Counted from the first letter of the stretch, positions 7,901-16,664 are shown. The stretch is DNA of 29,719 nt from Pseudomonadota bacterium (GCA_043767805.1 JAYUGC010000101.1:1-29719), one strand, 5' to 3'. Numbers and translations are program-made. Notes: generated from the letters alone by a model not told the origin.

Positions 7901-10847
7901 TTTCGACGAAGATTTTGCCCCGGATCTCGGTGGATCCGAGGAGCACGCGCGCCGTTTCTCCCACGACGTACTTCGGATGCTCCGCCAACGTCACTTGGGG
8001 CACGGTGGACAAGCCCTTATCGTTGGCTACGACCAAGATCAGCGCGAGCTTTAAGTCACCGCCCGAAGGGTCGGAGGCGCTTAGTTTCAGGCGATAGAGT
8101 CCAGGCTTCAAAGCGGCGAGTCGCAGCTTGCCGAGTCCTTTGTCGGTGCCTGCGAAAGATCCCCGCGTGACTTCGGCTCCGTCCGGAATTGTTTCGAGAA
8201 GTCTATCGATGGGGTCGTTGGTCTGGCGGCCTCGCCAAAGGGGCTCCTCGGGATCGCGCGCTGGAAAAGGCGAGGGCATCGTGAGCGACATCACCTGATA
8301 AGAGCCTTTGGCTTCTACGAACGAGTCGTTCAGCGTCCGAAAGCCCGCGGAAAGCACGGTTTCGCTTCCGGCTTTCAGAAAGCCCGAAGGCGTCTCGACG
8401 GCGAGAAGCGCGCCGCTCGCGGCGGCTTGGAAGCGGCGGGAGGCCTTGATGGTTCTTCCGCCCGAGTCCCGAGCCTCGATCTCGACTTGATAGCCGGCTG
8501 GCAGGGGATTCTTGTTCTCCTCTTCCGGATCGACATTGGGAGTGAGCGTGAACTTGAAGTGGCCCTTGTCGTCGGTCGAAATCGTACCGCTCGCCACGTC
8601 TTTCGCCTCTTGAGGCTGGCGCCAGCGCCACCACCAGCAGAACCAGGGAATGAACGTCTCGCGCGTGACCCGGTAGCTCACCGCGGCCGTGGGAACCCCG
8701 CCCCCGAAATAGTAGCTCACGTCGCCTTCGACGGTAGCTTCGATGCCGAATTTCCAGGGCCCCTTGGCCTCTTCGACTTTCACTTCGAACTCGGGGCGCT
8801 TGTACTCCTCGACCTCGAACATGCGGTAGGCCGTGTAGGCTTTCGTGCCTTCCTTGATTTCCGCGCGAAGCGAGTAGCTGCCAAGGAGGCGTCCCGTGGG
8901 AATGGTGAACTTTCCCGAAGCCGAGCCATACGCGTTCGGCTTCAAGGACACCGAGTGCACGCTTTTGCCATTGGGATCGGTCGCGGTGATTTGTATCGTC
9001 TTCTTTCCGTCGGAAACCCGCCATCCCGGCGACAGATTCTCGAGAGCGGTTACTTTAAAAGACAGCGTTTGGCCCGGCCGGTAAATGGGTCGGTCCGCAT
9101 CGAGATGGAGCGAGTACTTCTCGGGCTCCGTGTGCTGGAGGGTGAGCGGGGTCGCGAAATAGGCGTGATGATCGCCGCGCCGGGCAATGGCCTGGAGGGT
9201 TTGATATTGGTAGTCTTGAGTGAAGTGAGAGGCGACGTCCGCTTGTCCCGCTTTATCCGCGGAGACCGTGCCGGTCTGAGTCGTCCCCCAGCCGAGCCGC
9301 AACGCGGTCTCAAAGCGGGCGTCTGGCGCGGGCTCACCGGTGTTTCCGTCGACGGCGTAGAGATGAAAGGCGGGGAAATCCAATCTTCTTTTATCGAGAG
9401 CGAAGCTGGCCGGCGCTCCCGACGAGCCGAAGAGAAAGAGCTCGGTCACGTTGAGCACTCCCGCCGACATCACGCTGCGGTTCGGCTCGAAATGCTTGTC
9501 GCTGCTCAGAAACGCGGCGTAGAGGCCCGGCTTTACCGTCGGGACCGTAAGCGTTTTCTTCAAGACCGCGTGAGGCGCCCCGTAGGTCAAAGAGAACTGA
9601 GTCGCCACGTCCGGTTTCTTCAGGAGAAACTCCTCGTAAGCCCGGTGGGGAAGGTTCGACGGAAATTCGACCGCGTCCCCTTCGCCTCCCCGCAGCTTTC
9701 GCAAGGTGGCGAGGTCGGTGGCATATAGCCTCAGGTGAATCTCCTCCAAGTTCCGTACGGACAGAGTGAGAGTGTCCTTGGCTCCCGGTTGCGTCGGGAA
9801 AAAGCGCGAGTTGAGTTGCGGCAGCTCGATGCGGGCGCGAAGGGAAGAGCAATCTTTGACCCCCACCGTCTTCGGGTAGAGGCGCTCGACGTCTTTGCAG
9901 AGGGCGACCGCTTCCGCGAACGACTCGTCGATTTCCAAAAGCTCGGCGGCTCGGTAAAGCGCGTCAGCCTTCGCCCGCTCCGATTGGAACGCTTCGCCCC
10001 AGCGCTTCAGACGAGAGACGGCTTTGGCGCGTCCGGCCTTTTGATCTTTCCAGAATCCCGTTTGCGCGGCGAACCGGAACGCAACATTCAGACGAAAGAG
10101 TTTCCAAAGCTCGCCGGGCCCGGGCTCCCGGGATTTCGCCGCGCGCTCCGCCAGCGAGGCCGCTTGCTCCGCCGGAGAGGCCGTTTCCCCGTAGCTCGTC
10201 CCGAAAGAGTCATCCAGGAAACGTTCCGGGGCGGGGCGCAGGCCCGCTGCCGGAGCGGGAAATTCGGAGAGCAAATAATCGGTCGCGCGAAAGACCGCGA
10301 AGTCCCAAAGGGTAGGGTAAGCGGAGGTGTCTCGCTTCTCGGTCTCGATGAAATAGGTCTCGGCGCCGAGCGCTCGCTCTCTCAAAACGGGCTCCAAGCG
10401 AGCGAGCTCGCTATATTGCGCGCGGATCTCCTTGTGCCAGGTCTCCGCCGTCCAGCGGGCGCGGTCGGTGGCGCCCGACTCGGTGTCCTTCGTCAGGTTC
10501 CAGCCGTACTGGTTTAGATACTCTCGCCCGAGCTCCGCGCGAAGGAGAAGAAAGCGCGCCTTCCAAAGGGGCTCTTGAGGAAGGGCGGCGTCCAGCATGC
10601 GGTTAGCGGCTTCGAGATAGCGGAAGAGGAGCGCCTCGCACTCCGCGGCCCGATACCGGGCTTTCCAGCCGTTCTCTCCAGGGTCTTTCGAAAGGGCCGC
10701 GTACCTTTCCAGGGCGGGCTGATAAGAGTGCTTTTCGAATAGCGCGTCGGCTGCCTTGAAATCGGCGGGGGCGCCGAGAAGCAGGCGTCCCGAAAATCCA
10801 ATAAGGACCGTAACAACGGATAAGAGAGAAAATAACCGACGTACCAT
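4959..10847 (-). CDS. Bacterial alpha-2-macroglobulin family protein (MG2, A2M_BRD, bait region, thioester domain)
   Basis: The ORF track starts at 10946. I prefer ATG 10847 (SD GGAGG, signal peptide MVRRLFSLLSVV...). Motifs DRPIYRPGQ, VEEYKRPEF, VRSDMSETALFEP, PRFFREGD, thioester CTEQ (6519-6530), QMPNGAFPWF and C-terminal QSMYAPE. Confidence 0.95.
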   Translation of the reverse strand: MVRRLFSLLSVVTVLIGFSGRLLLGAPADFKAADALFEKHSYQPALERYAALSKDPGENGWKARYRAAECEALLFRYLEAANRMLDAALPQEPLWKARFLLLRAELGREYLNQYGWNLTKDTESGATDRARWTAETWHKEIRAQYSELARLEPVLRERALGAETYFIETEKRDTSAYPTLWDFAVFRATDYLLSEFPAPAAGLRPAPERFLDDSFGTSYGETASPAEQAASLAERAAKSREPGPGELWKLFRLNVAFRFAAQTGFWKDQKAGRAKAVSRLKRWGEAFQSERAKADALYRAAELLEIDESFAEAVALCKDVERLYPKTVGVKDCSSLRARIELPQLNSRFFPTQPGAKDTLTLSVRNLEEIHLRLYATDLATLRKLRGGEGDAVEFPSNLPHRAYEEFLLKKPDVATQFSLTYGAPHAVLKKTLTVPTVKPGLYAAFLSSDKHFEPNRSVMSAGVLNVTELFLFGSSGAPASFALDKRRLDFPAFHLYAVDGNTGEPAPDARFETALRLGWGTTQTGTVSADKAGQADVASHFTQDYQYQTLQAIARRGDHHAYFATPLTLQHTEPEKYSLHLDADRPIYRPGQTLSFKVTALENLSPGWRVSDGKKTIQITATDPNGKSVHSVSLKPNAYGSASGKFTIPTGRLLGSYSLRAEIKEGTKAYTAYRMFEVEEYKRPEFEVKVEEAKGPWKFGIEATVEGDVSYYFGGGVPTAAVSYRVTRETFIPWFCWWWRWRQPQEAKDVASGTISTDDKGHFKFTLTPNVDPEEENKNPLPAGYQVEIEARDSGGRTIKASRRFQAAASGALLAVETPSGFLKAGSETVLSAGFRTLNDSFVEAKGSYQVMSLTMPSPFPARDPEEPLWRGRQTNDPIDRLLETIPDGAEVTRGSFAGTDKGLGKLRLAALKPGLYRLKLSASDPSGGDLKLALILVVANDKGLSTVPQVTLAEHPKYVVGETARVLLGSTEIRGKIFVEIWRGPDLFKRETLPGGAHLVSVPVTDALKGGFSVRWFGVNSFHLWNGETSVEVPWREKELSVLLQSPNAVKPGEKVSWALKVQTYDNKSVDGEGTIRVFDRSLEYYATDATPWASSLYPASPPPTAEGQSYFVQWTQGLPVEPSWLEKQVGILRGLYDSNRVPPPPSLRPFESRYRGNRHGYGRAMLQKGDAESYAMDGAGGAAPPASAPMNKKMAGAAPEQAVEKKETSAVVRSDMSETALFEPHLAVKDGKATLNFRAPERLTSWRVSGSVLTKDVRTGVVSADFATRKEIMVRVEAPRFFREGDRGVLKAIVHNETKQALTAEVQLALTKNDVDAAAAFTLKDAIKSISVPPSGVGTVSWTIRAPKDFGQHKVRAIARSGKLVDAEEREFPVLPSRSRLVESKVAYLEGDEKETFQVPSHVKGDELESATLQVDPQLAGMLLNSLPQLVLYPHDCTEQLIDRLVPLSLVHRLFQKYPELKEAAAKVPQRKTRRPSWDLADPRRLTDLAETPWAVSSKGYEANFPTADLTRDAIVQKIANETLQKLESQQMPNGAFPWFAGGKADLYLTLYVLEGFEALLRHDIKIPEPLVKKAFQYVLSELKTYLKPDEPSLSLGLYGAFILSAYAEKYSWASGGKEMVSQWLSFAEANSRTLTAYGLAYAAWISSRLGDETKAQAYLERALSGSRKDKVMGVYWQPEKLSWLWYHDTDEKHAFLLRTLQKLKPKDPRLPGLVQWLLFSRKGNEWKSTRTSAAALYALIGYFEAKGALKGDSKYQWSWGARGETTTLKATDFLAKPLRWTFASAPSSQSLQLTRSGPGIGIASLTTIFSTDNPAAHANSSDNLIQLERRVFKRVKTNLEKLSSGDQLSVGDVVEVQFVINSRSAFEYLHLKAPRPAGFEPETLTSGWQWDQLSRYEEIRDSMENFFISWLPQGEFVLRYRLRATTAGEYKFGATLLQSMYAPEFSAYTTAFTIKVKE

Positions 10848-11043
10848 TTGCCGAGCCTCCCGTGTGGACGAATCGTACACTAGGAAAGACGTCCCGTGAC
10901 ACCGTCTTGCGACGGGTAAGAGGTTGCTTTTCATGGTGCTTTGCATCAGCTAGAGTGCTGGAAATGGCTCGCGGCCGCTTTTGCGCGGGATGCCCCTGGC
11001 GTCCCGGCGGGCGTTGTGGGCCGATCCCTCAAAGGAGACGACG

Positions 11044-11424
11044 ATGCATAGAGCTTCCTGGTCGATTCTAGCGATGACGGTACTCTCCCTTTCCGCTCAC
11101 GGCGCGACTTCCACCTGCAAAAGTGGCGCGGCCGAGCGAAAAGTCGAGGTCACGACCGCCGAAGGGGGCAAAGCCCCGTGCGAAGTGAAGTACATGAAGG
11201 AAGGCGAAGCCGAGGGCAAGGCGCTTTGGAGCGCTCAGAACGATGCTGGCTACTGCGCCACGAAGGCTTCCGAACTGGTGGGAAAGCTCGCGGGCATGGG
11301 CTGGGAATGCTCGGGCGATTTGACCAATGCCACCGCCGATAAAGTTGTCCCCGAAAAAGGACCCGTCGACGAAAAGCCGGGCGCCGAAGCCAAGGCCGTC
11401 GAAGGCAAGACCGAAGGAAATTAG
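11044..11424 (+). CDS. Secreted hypothetical protein with four Cys and a charged low-complexity tail
   Basis: ATG 11044 is preceded by AAAGGAG. Signal peptide MHRASWSILAMTVLSLSAHG. The pattern C...ERKVEV...PCEVKY.K...LWSAQNDAGYC...GWEC resembles a conserved uncharacterised family I recall. Confidence 0.75.
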   Translation: MHRASWSILAMTVLSLSAHGATSTCKSGAAERKVEVTTAEGGKAPCEVKYMKEGEAEGKALWSAQNDAGYCATKASELVGKLAGMGWECSGDLTNATADKVVPEKGPVDEKPGAEAKAVEGKTEGN

Positions 11425-11447
11425 TCTCACTCATAGGAGAGTGCCTC

Positions 11448-12041
11448 GTGCGTTTATCTTTGATTGCCCTATGTCTCGCGCTTCCCGCCTTTGCGGCGGG
11501 AGCCAAATACAGGCTCCCGCTCGACGGGGAAAAATCGAAGGTGGAGTTTCTCGCCGTCGGTAATCCTTCCGCCATCAAGATCCGCGGCGAGCTGAAGGGA
11601 AATCCGAAGGAAGCGCTGAAAGGCGAGCTGAAGCTCGAGGACTTCAAGGCGAAGGGCAAGATCGTCTTGAAGCTCGATGCCTTTGAGACCGGCATGGCGC
11701 TTCGCGATCGGCACATGCGCGAGAAGTACCTCGAGACGGCCAAGTATCCCGAGGCGACCCTCGAGATCACCGACCTTCGTTTCCCTCAATCCTTCGCGGA
11801 AGAAAGCTTCAGCGCGGACTCGGAGCCTTTCAAAGGCAATCTCTCTCTGCGTGAGAAGACGGTGCCCGTCGCCGGCACGGTCTCCATGAAGGGCAGCAAG
11901 GAAAACGTGGAAATGAAGTTCGATTTCCCGCTTAAAACCACGGACTACAAGATCGATACGCCGTCGTTCATGGGCGTTACGGTCGCAAGCGACGTCTCCG
12001 TGACCGCGGAGGTCAAGATCAAGCCGGAGAGGCTCCCGTGA
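11448..12041 (+). CDS. YceI-family periplasmic lipid/polyisoprenoid-binding protein
   Basis: Signal peptide, SKVEF, TGMALRDRHM, YLETAKYPEA, GNLSLR, DYKI. SD AGGAG upstream. Confidence 0.9.
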   Translation: MRLSLIALCLALPAFAAGAKYRLPLDGEKSKVEFLAVGNPSAIKIRGELKGNPKEALKGELKLEDFKAKGKIVLKLDAFETGMALRDRHMREKYLETAKYPEATLEITDLRFPQSFAEESFSADSEPFKGNLSLREKTVPVAGTVSMKGSKENVEMKFDFPLKTTDYKIDTPSFMGVTVASDVSVTAEVKIKPERLP

Positions 12042-13102
12042 AATTCGTCTTTGCGCTCGCTCTGTTTCTGTCCTTTCGAGCCGTGGCTTACCCTGAAATG
12101 ATCCGCCACGGATACCAGCGTTGCGACGTCTGTCACATGAGTCCGGACGGCGGGGGCGCCATGAGCGCCTACGGCCGCGCGCTTTCCAAAGAGGTGATGT
12201 CGACCTGGGGAACTGAGAAGGAGACTCAAGTAGCTTACGGCGCGGTCACCTTGCCCGAGTGGCTGCGGCTCGGTGGCGACGTTCGCTTCGCTCAAGTGAA
12301 CGTCGATACGGCGACGGTCCGCATGGGTAGGCCTATTCTGATGCAGCTCGACATCGAAGGCGCGGCGACCTTCGGAAAATTCACCGTCGACGCCACGTTC
12401 GGGTATCAGAGCGAGCTGCTGAGCCGCCGCCACTTCCTCCAGTACAAAGTGTCCGACCACTGGAGTCTGCGCGTGGGCCGGTTCAATAAAGCGTTCGGCC
12501 TTCATACCCCCGATCACATCATCGACATCAGAAAGCAGCTCGGCTGGGACGAAGGCACGGAAACCTACAACGTAGAGGCGGCTTACTTCACGGAAGGCGG
12601 GGAGCTTTTCCTGACGGGGCAGCTCGGACGACCCGATCGTTCGGCGGTGATCGAAGAGAGCGGAAGCGCGTTACGAGGCGCTTTCAATATCGGCGACCGT
12701 TATAAGGTAGGTGGCAGCTACTTCTTTGGAACCCGCTCGGGTCAGCATCGCCACGTCTTTGGTCCCTACGGGATCCTGGGCTTTGATGCTCACACCTTTT
12801 TGCTCGCGGAAATTGACGTGCAAAGTCAGACGGTGGGTGCGGCCCCCGCGAAAACTGGCGCGGCGTCCTATTTGAAGTTCGGCCATGAAGTGACCCAGGG
12901 ACTGGTGCCATTCGTCTCTCACGAGTACACTCAACTGGACTTCAAAAACGCCGATGGGCGCCGGGTGCTTTACACCGGAGGCCTGCAATGGTTTCCTCGG
13001 CCGCACGTCGAGTTCTTAGCGGCTTATCAGAGGCAAGTCTTGCGGCCCGTGGCCGGTGGCAACGCGGATTACTTCTATTTCGTGGCTCACTACTACTTCT
13101 GA
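12038..13102 (+). CDS. Outer-membrane beta-barrel protein with N-terminal CxxCH heme-c motif
   Basis: Signal peptide, CDVCH (12122-12136) followed by SPDGGG..SAYG, alternating beta-strand pattern, C-terminal ...VAHYYF BAM signal. 4-nt GTGA overlap with the yceI gene. Confidence 0.78.
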   Translation: MKFVFALALFLSFRAVAYPEMIRHGYQRCDVCHMSPDGGGAMSAYGRALSKEVMSTWGTEKETQVAYGAVTLPEWLRLGGDVRFAQVNVDTATVRMGRPILMQLDIEGAATFGKFTVDATFGYQSELLSRRHFLQYKVSDHWSLRVGRFNKAFGLHTPDHIIDIRKQLGWDEGTETYNVEAAYFTEGGELFLTGQLGRPDRSAVIEESGSALRGAFNIGDRYKVGGSYFFGTRSGQHRHVFGPYGILGFDAHTFLLAEIDVQSQTVGAAPAKTGAASYLKFGHEVTQGLVPFVSHEYTQLDFKNADGRRVLYTGGLQWFPRPHVEFLAAYQRQVLRPVAGGNADYFYFVAHYYF

Positions 13103-13138
13103 CGTGATGTGTAAGTTTCGGGGTTTGCTCAGTTTTTC

Positions 13139-13173
13139 ACCCGTTATTTAAAGTCTCTTTAAATGGGACGGGT
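13139..13173 (+). terminator. Inverted repeat: candidate terminator of the yceI operon or operator of the GNAT gene
   Basis: ACCCGT-T-ATTTAAAG-tct-CTTTAAAT-GGG-ACGGGT followed by ATTTT. Lies 36 bp after stop 13102 and 24 bp before ATG 13198. Confidence 0.45.
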
Positions 13174-13197
13174 ATTTTCGGTAGGTGAGGGGGAACT

Positions 13198-14025
13198 ATG
13201 GACCACATGTCCGATTCGTATGCTCTTACTCCGGGCACCGAGCTCTTCGGCGGGCTAAACGATTTTCTGCGTTTCCGCCGTAAGATTCACCTTCGCTTCG
13301 AGCGAAAGAATTTCACCGTGAAAACGGTGGAAAACCGCCGCGAGCTGGTTCAAGCGTACCTGCTCCGGTACGAAGTGTTTCATAAAGAGTTCGCGGGAAA
13401 GCGTTTTCCCATCGGGCTCGATACGGATCGCTTCGATTCTTTCGCCGACCTTTTGGTCATCATCGACAATCGCACCAAGCGCGTCGTCGGCACGTACCGG
13501 CTCATCTGTTCCAGCTTTTCTCAAAACTTTTACTCGGGAAGCGAGTTCGATCTGGCGCCGCTGCTGGCACGCCCTGGGACGAAGCTCGAGCTTTCGCGTG
13601 CCTGCATTCACCGCGACTACCGCCAAGGTATCGTGATGAGCCTGTTGTGGCGTGGCATTGGCGAGTATCTGGCCGCGGTGAACGCTCAGTTCATGTTCGG
13701 GTGTTCGAGCGTTAAGCTCACCGAGCCGAAAGCGATCGCGAGCGTTTACCGGCAGCTCCAGGCTCTCGATAAGGTCGAGACCGAGCCGGAGATTCTTCCG
13801 CTCCCTGAGTATCGCATTGACGGGTTCCGCGAGCTTGTGGCCGCCACCGAAGATCCCAAAGACAAAATGGACGTGCCGCCGCTCTTTCAGGCGTACCTCC
13901 GGGCCGGCGCCCGGGTGTACGGCGAGCCGGCGCTCGATCTCAAGTTCCGTTGCGCGGATTTCTTGACCGTGCTCGATCGGACGGAGCTCGCGGCCGGTCA
14001 TCAGAAAAAATTCGTCTCTCACTAG
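13198..14025 (+). CDS. GNAT-family N-acyltransferase, OlsB-like (amino-acid lipid synthesis; Acetyltransf_5)
   Basis: LRYEVF, DTDRFD, VVGTYRL, FYSGSEFDL, LELSRACIHRDYR, LLWRGI, FGCSS, PPLFQAYLRAGA..GEPALD..F.CAD. Confidence 0.85.
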   Translation: MDHMSDSYALTPGTELFGGLNDFLRFRRKIHLRFERKNFTVKTVENRRELVQAYLLRYEVFHKEFAGKRFPIGLDTDRFDSFADLLVIIDNRTKRVVGTYRLICSSFSQNFYSGSEFDLAPLLARPGTKLELSRACIHRDYRQGIVMSLLWRGIGEYLAAVNAQFMFGCSSVKLTEPKAIASVYRQLQALDKVETEPEILPLPEYRIDGFRELVAATEDPKDKMDVPPLFQAYLRAGARVYGEPALDLKFRCADFLTVLDRTELAAGHQKKFVSH

Positions 14026-14044
14026 TCCCTCATCGCCCGCGAAC

Positions 14045-14059
14045 TGGTAGAATCCCCGG
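14045..14059 (+). promoter_or_regulatory. Extended -10 promoter candidate (leaderless)
   Basis: TG-G-TAGAAT, then 6 nt, then GTG 14060. No SD. Confidence 0.45.
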
Positions 14060-15094
14060 GTGGCACCAAGTTTAGCAATTTTCTTGCCCGAGCTTCTGGA
14101 GATGGAGAGCCTTCACGAACGGATTTCCCGCGTGGGAAAGATCCGCAAGGAAGGATCGGTGCCCTTTAAGGGGCACGACCTCCCCATTTATTCCTACGCC
14201 TTCGGCCCGGAGGGCGAATCGGTGCCGACCTTGATTCTCGTTGGCGGCGTCCATGGGCTGGAGCGCATCGGCACTCGGGTGGTCACCGCTTACTTGAAGA
14301 CTTGGCTCGAGCTCATGGAGTGGGACGATTTGGCGCGTCAGGCCGCCGACCGGGTACGCATTCTTTTTTATCCTCTGGTCAATCCCGGCGGCATGTTTCA
14401 AACGAGCCGGTGCAATCCGAACGGTGTCGACCTGATGCGAAACGCGCCCGTCGATATGGACACGCCGTCCTCGCACAGAATTTTTCAGGGGCACCGGATA
14501 TCGAAACGCTTGCCGTGGTACCGTGGCACCGCCGGCGGCGCCTTGGAGCCCGAGGCTCAGGCGCTTTGCGATTTCATCGAACGAGAAAGCGGGCGCTCCT
14601 CGGTTACGGTGAGTGTCGACGTGCACTCCGGCTTCGGCGCGGTCGACCGGCTTTGGTTTCCCTACGCGAAAAGCGCCGTGCCTTTTCCGCGCCTTGCCGA
14701 GGCCTTTCGTTTCAAGCAGCTTCTCGACCGCACCTATCCGAACCACGTTTATCGGGTCGAGCCGCAGTCGCACCAATACACGACCCATGGGGACCTCTGG
14801 GACTATCTCTTCGAGCGGCATGAAGCGACTCGGCCCGGGCACCTCTTTCTGCCGTTCTCGCTCGAAATGGGATCGTGGATCTGGGTGAAGAAAAACCCGC
14901 GCCAGCTATTTTCTCTCTTGGGCGCGTTCAATCCAGTGTTGCCGCACAGAAAGCAGCGCACGCTTCGCCGTCATGTGATGTTCTTCGACTTTTTGATCCG
15001 GGCAACCCTCGGCGAAGCGCATTGGGCGCGCATTGCTCCCGAGGACCGCAAAGCGATGACCCAGAACGCGGTGGAGCACTGGTATGGCCGCTAG
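14060..15094 (+). CDS. M14-like zinc carboxypeptidase family protein
   Basis: GGVHGLE (HxxE), VNPGG, RCNPNGVDLMRN, DVHSG (third Zn ligand), SLEMG (catalytic Glu). Confidence 0.85.
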   Translation: MAPSLAIFLPELLEMESLHERISRVGKIRKEGSVPFKGHDLPIYSYAFGPEGESVPTLILVGGVHGLERIGTRVVTAYLKTWLELMEWDDLARQAADRVRILFYPLVNPGGMFQTSRCNPNGVDLMRNAPVDMDTPSSHRIFQGHRISKRLPWYRGTAGGALEPEAQALCDFIERESGRSSVTVSVDVHSGFGAVDRLWFPYAKSAVPFPRLAEAFRFKQLLDRTYPNHVYRVEPQSHQYTTHGDLWDYLFERHEATRPGHLFLPFSLEMGSWIWVKKNPRQLFSLLGAFNPVLPHRKQRTLRRHVMFFDFLIRATLGEAHWARIAPEDRKAMTQNAVEHWYGR

Positions 15095-15848
15095 CCCACG
15101 GCGCTGGATTCTTCTGCGCGGGCTCGGCCGGGAAGCCGCGCATTGGGGCGATTTTGCCTCTGATTTAAATCGCGCTCTCGGCGGCGGTTCCGTAGTTTTA
15201 TCTCCCGACTTGCCCGGCGCCGGCGTGAAGTTTCGCGAGCGCGCGCCGCTCGACTTGAAGCAGTACGCGAGCCGGCTCATGGAGGAAACCGCGAGCCGCG
15301 AGCCCGCGGGACTCATCAGTCTTTCGCTCGGCGCGATGGTGGCGCTCGAATGGGCGGCGATGCGCCCGGCCTCGGTGTCTCGCGTGGTGGTCATCAACAC
15401 GAGTTTGGGATCGCAAGCGCGCCCTTGGGAGCGGTTTACGCCGGAAGCCTGCCGGCGTTCCCTCTCGATGGTACTCGCGCTTCGTCCTCGCGCCCGAGAA
15501 GCGGCGATTCTCGGGCTGATTTCAAACAGCGAAGCGAAGCGCAAGGACACCTTGGACGCTTGGGTGCGTATTGCCGGGGAACGTCCGGTCTCGATGGCCA
15601 ATTACGCGCGCCAAATCGCGGCGGCGGCGTCAGCTCGCCCCGATCTTGGTAGAATAACAGCGCCGGGTCTCGTGCTAGCGAGCCGAGGCGATCGCCTGGT
15701 GCGGATGTTTTGCTCGGAGCGTCTGGCGGCTGTCTTGCGCTGGCCCTTGCAGGTGCATGAGTCCGCCGGGCACGATTTACCTTTGGACGATCCCGAATGG
15801 TGCGCGGCTCGTATCGCTGAGTGGTCCCGCACTTTGTCGGCGCAATAG
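15084..15848 (+). CDS. Alpha/beta-fold hydrolase
   Basis: LLRGLGRE..HW, DLPGAG, nucleophile SLSLG, D.LV, GHDLP. Overlaps the M14 gene by 11 nt. Confidence 0.88.
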   Translation: MAASPRRWILLRGLGREAAHWGDFASDLNRALGGGSVVLSPDLPGAGVKFRERAPLDLKQYASRLMEETASREPAGLISLSLGAMVALEWAAMRPASVSRVVVINTSLGSQARPWERFTPEACRRSLSMVLALRPRAREAAILGLISNSEAKRKDTLDAWVRIAGERPVSMANYARQIAAAASARPDLGRITAPGLVLASRGDRLVRMFCSERLAAVLRWPLQVHESAGHDLPLDDPEWCAARIAEWSRTLSAQ

Positions 15849-15857
15849 GAGAGTCAT

Positions 15858-16664
15858 ATGTTTCTGGCTGGTGTGTATTTATTTTTCATGGCGCGGTCCG
15901 GACTTCCTCCGAGAACCGCGGATCCCAAGGTTTGCGGGGATCGCGCCTTTGCCCTGCGGCGCGACGCGGCGAAAGCGCAGGAAGCGTTCAAATGCTACCG
16001 CGAAGCGATTGAGGCGGATCCCGAGGATGTGGAAGCGGCCTGGCGATTTGCCATGGCCTGCCAGTTCGTGGGCTATCGTTTGGTCAAGGACACCGACGAA
16101 AAATTGAAAATTTTCGGGGAAGGGCGCGACATCGCCTCCGCCGCGGCGAAAGCAAAACCCGACTGTGGGCCGTGTCACTTTTGGGGAGGGATTAATCGCG
16201 CTCTCTTCGGCGAGACCTCCGGGATCTTCCGCGCCATCGCGACCCTCGGAATCGTGAAGCGGGATCTCGAGCGCGCGGCCGAGCTCGACCCCACCTATGC
16301 GTACGCCGGCCCCGATCGAATCTTGGGCCTCATCGATCAAAAGGTGCCGGGGATTTTAGGCGGCAGTGACACGGAGGCCGCGGTTCATTTCGAGAAAGCG
16401 ATTGCACTCTCGCCGACCAATCCCTTGAATTATCTCTTCCTCGCTCGCCTGGAAAAAAACGAGAACGAAAACGACGTCGCTTTCAAGGCGGTGCTCATGC
16501 GAGCGAAGGCTCATGTCAAGAAACCCACGGAGCTGGACGTCGAATCCTATGAAGCCTGGAACGAGCTGAAAGAAATGGGCGCGGAGCTAGAAGAGGTATC
16601 CAGTTCCGCCAAGGATGTGAAAAGCGACGTTCGAAATCTGGGAAGTGCCTCGAGCGACGGGTAA
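15858..16664 (+). CDS. Tetratricopeptide-repeat-like helical protein (TatT/RMDN-like)
   Basis: SD AGGAG. TPR-like helices (YREAIEADPEDVEA, LERAAELDPTY, HFEKAIALSPTN) and PGILGG motif. Confidence 0.72.
   Translation: MFLAGVYLFFMARSGLPPRTADPKVCGDRAFALRRDAAKAQEAFKCYREAIEADPEDVEAAWRFAMACQFVGYRLVKDTDEKLKIFGEGRDIASAAAKAKPDCGPCHFWGGINRALFGETSGIFRAIATLGIVKRDLERAAELDPTYAYAGPDRILGLIDQKVPGILGGSDTEAAVHFEKAIALSPTNPLNYLFLARLEKNENENDVAFKAVLMRAKAHVKKPTELDVESYEAWNELKEMGAELEEVSSSAKDVKSDVRNLGSASSDG

Noticed and set aside
10848..11043. Longer N-termini for A2M (10946) and the secreted protein (10981)
   Set aside because: Downstream ATGs have SD sequences and give proper signal peptides; the region is better read as a divergent promoter.
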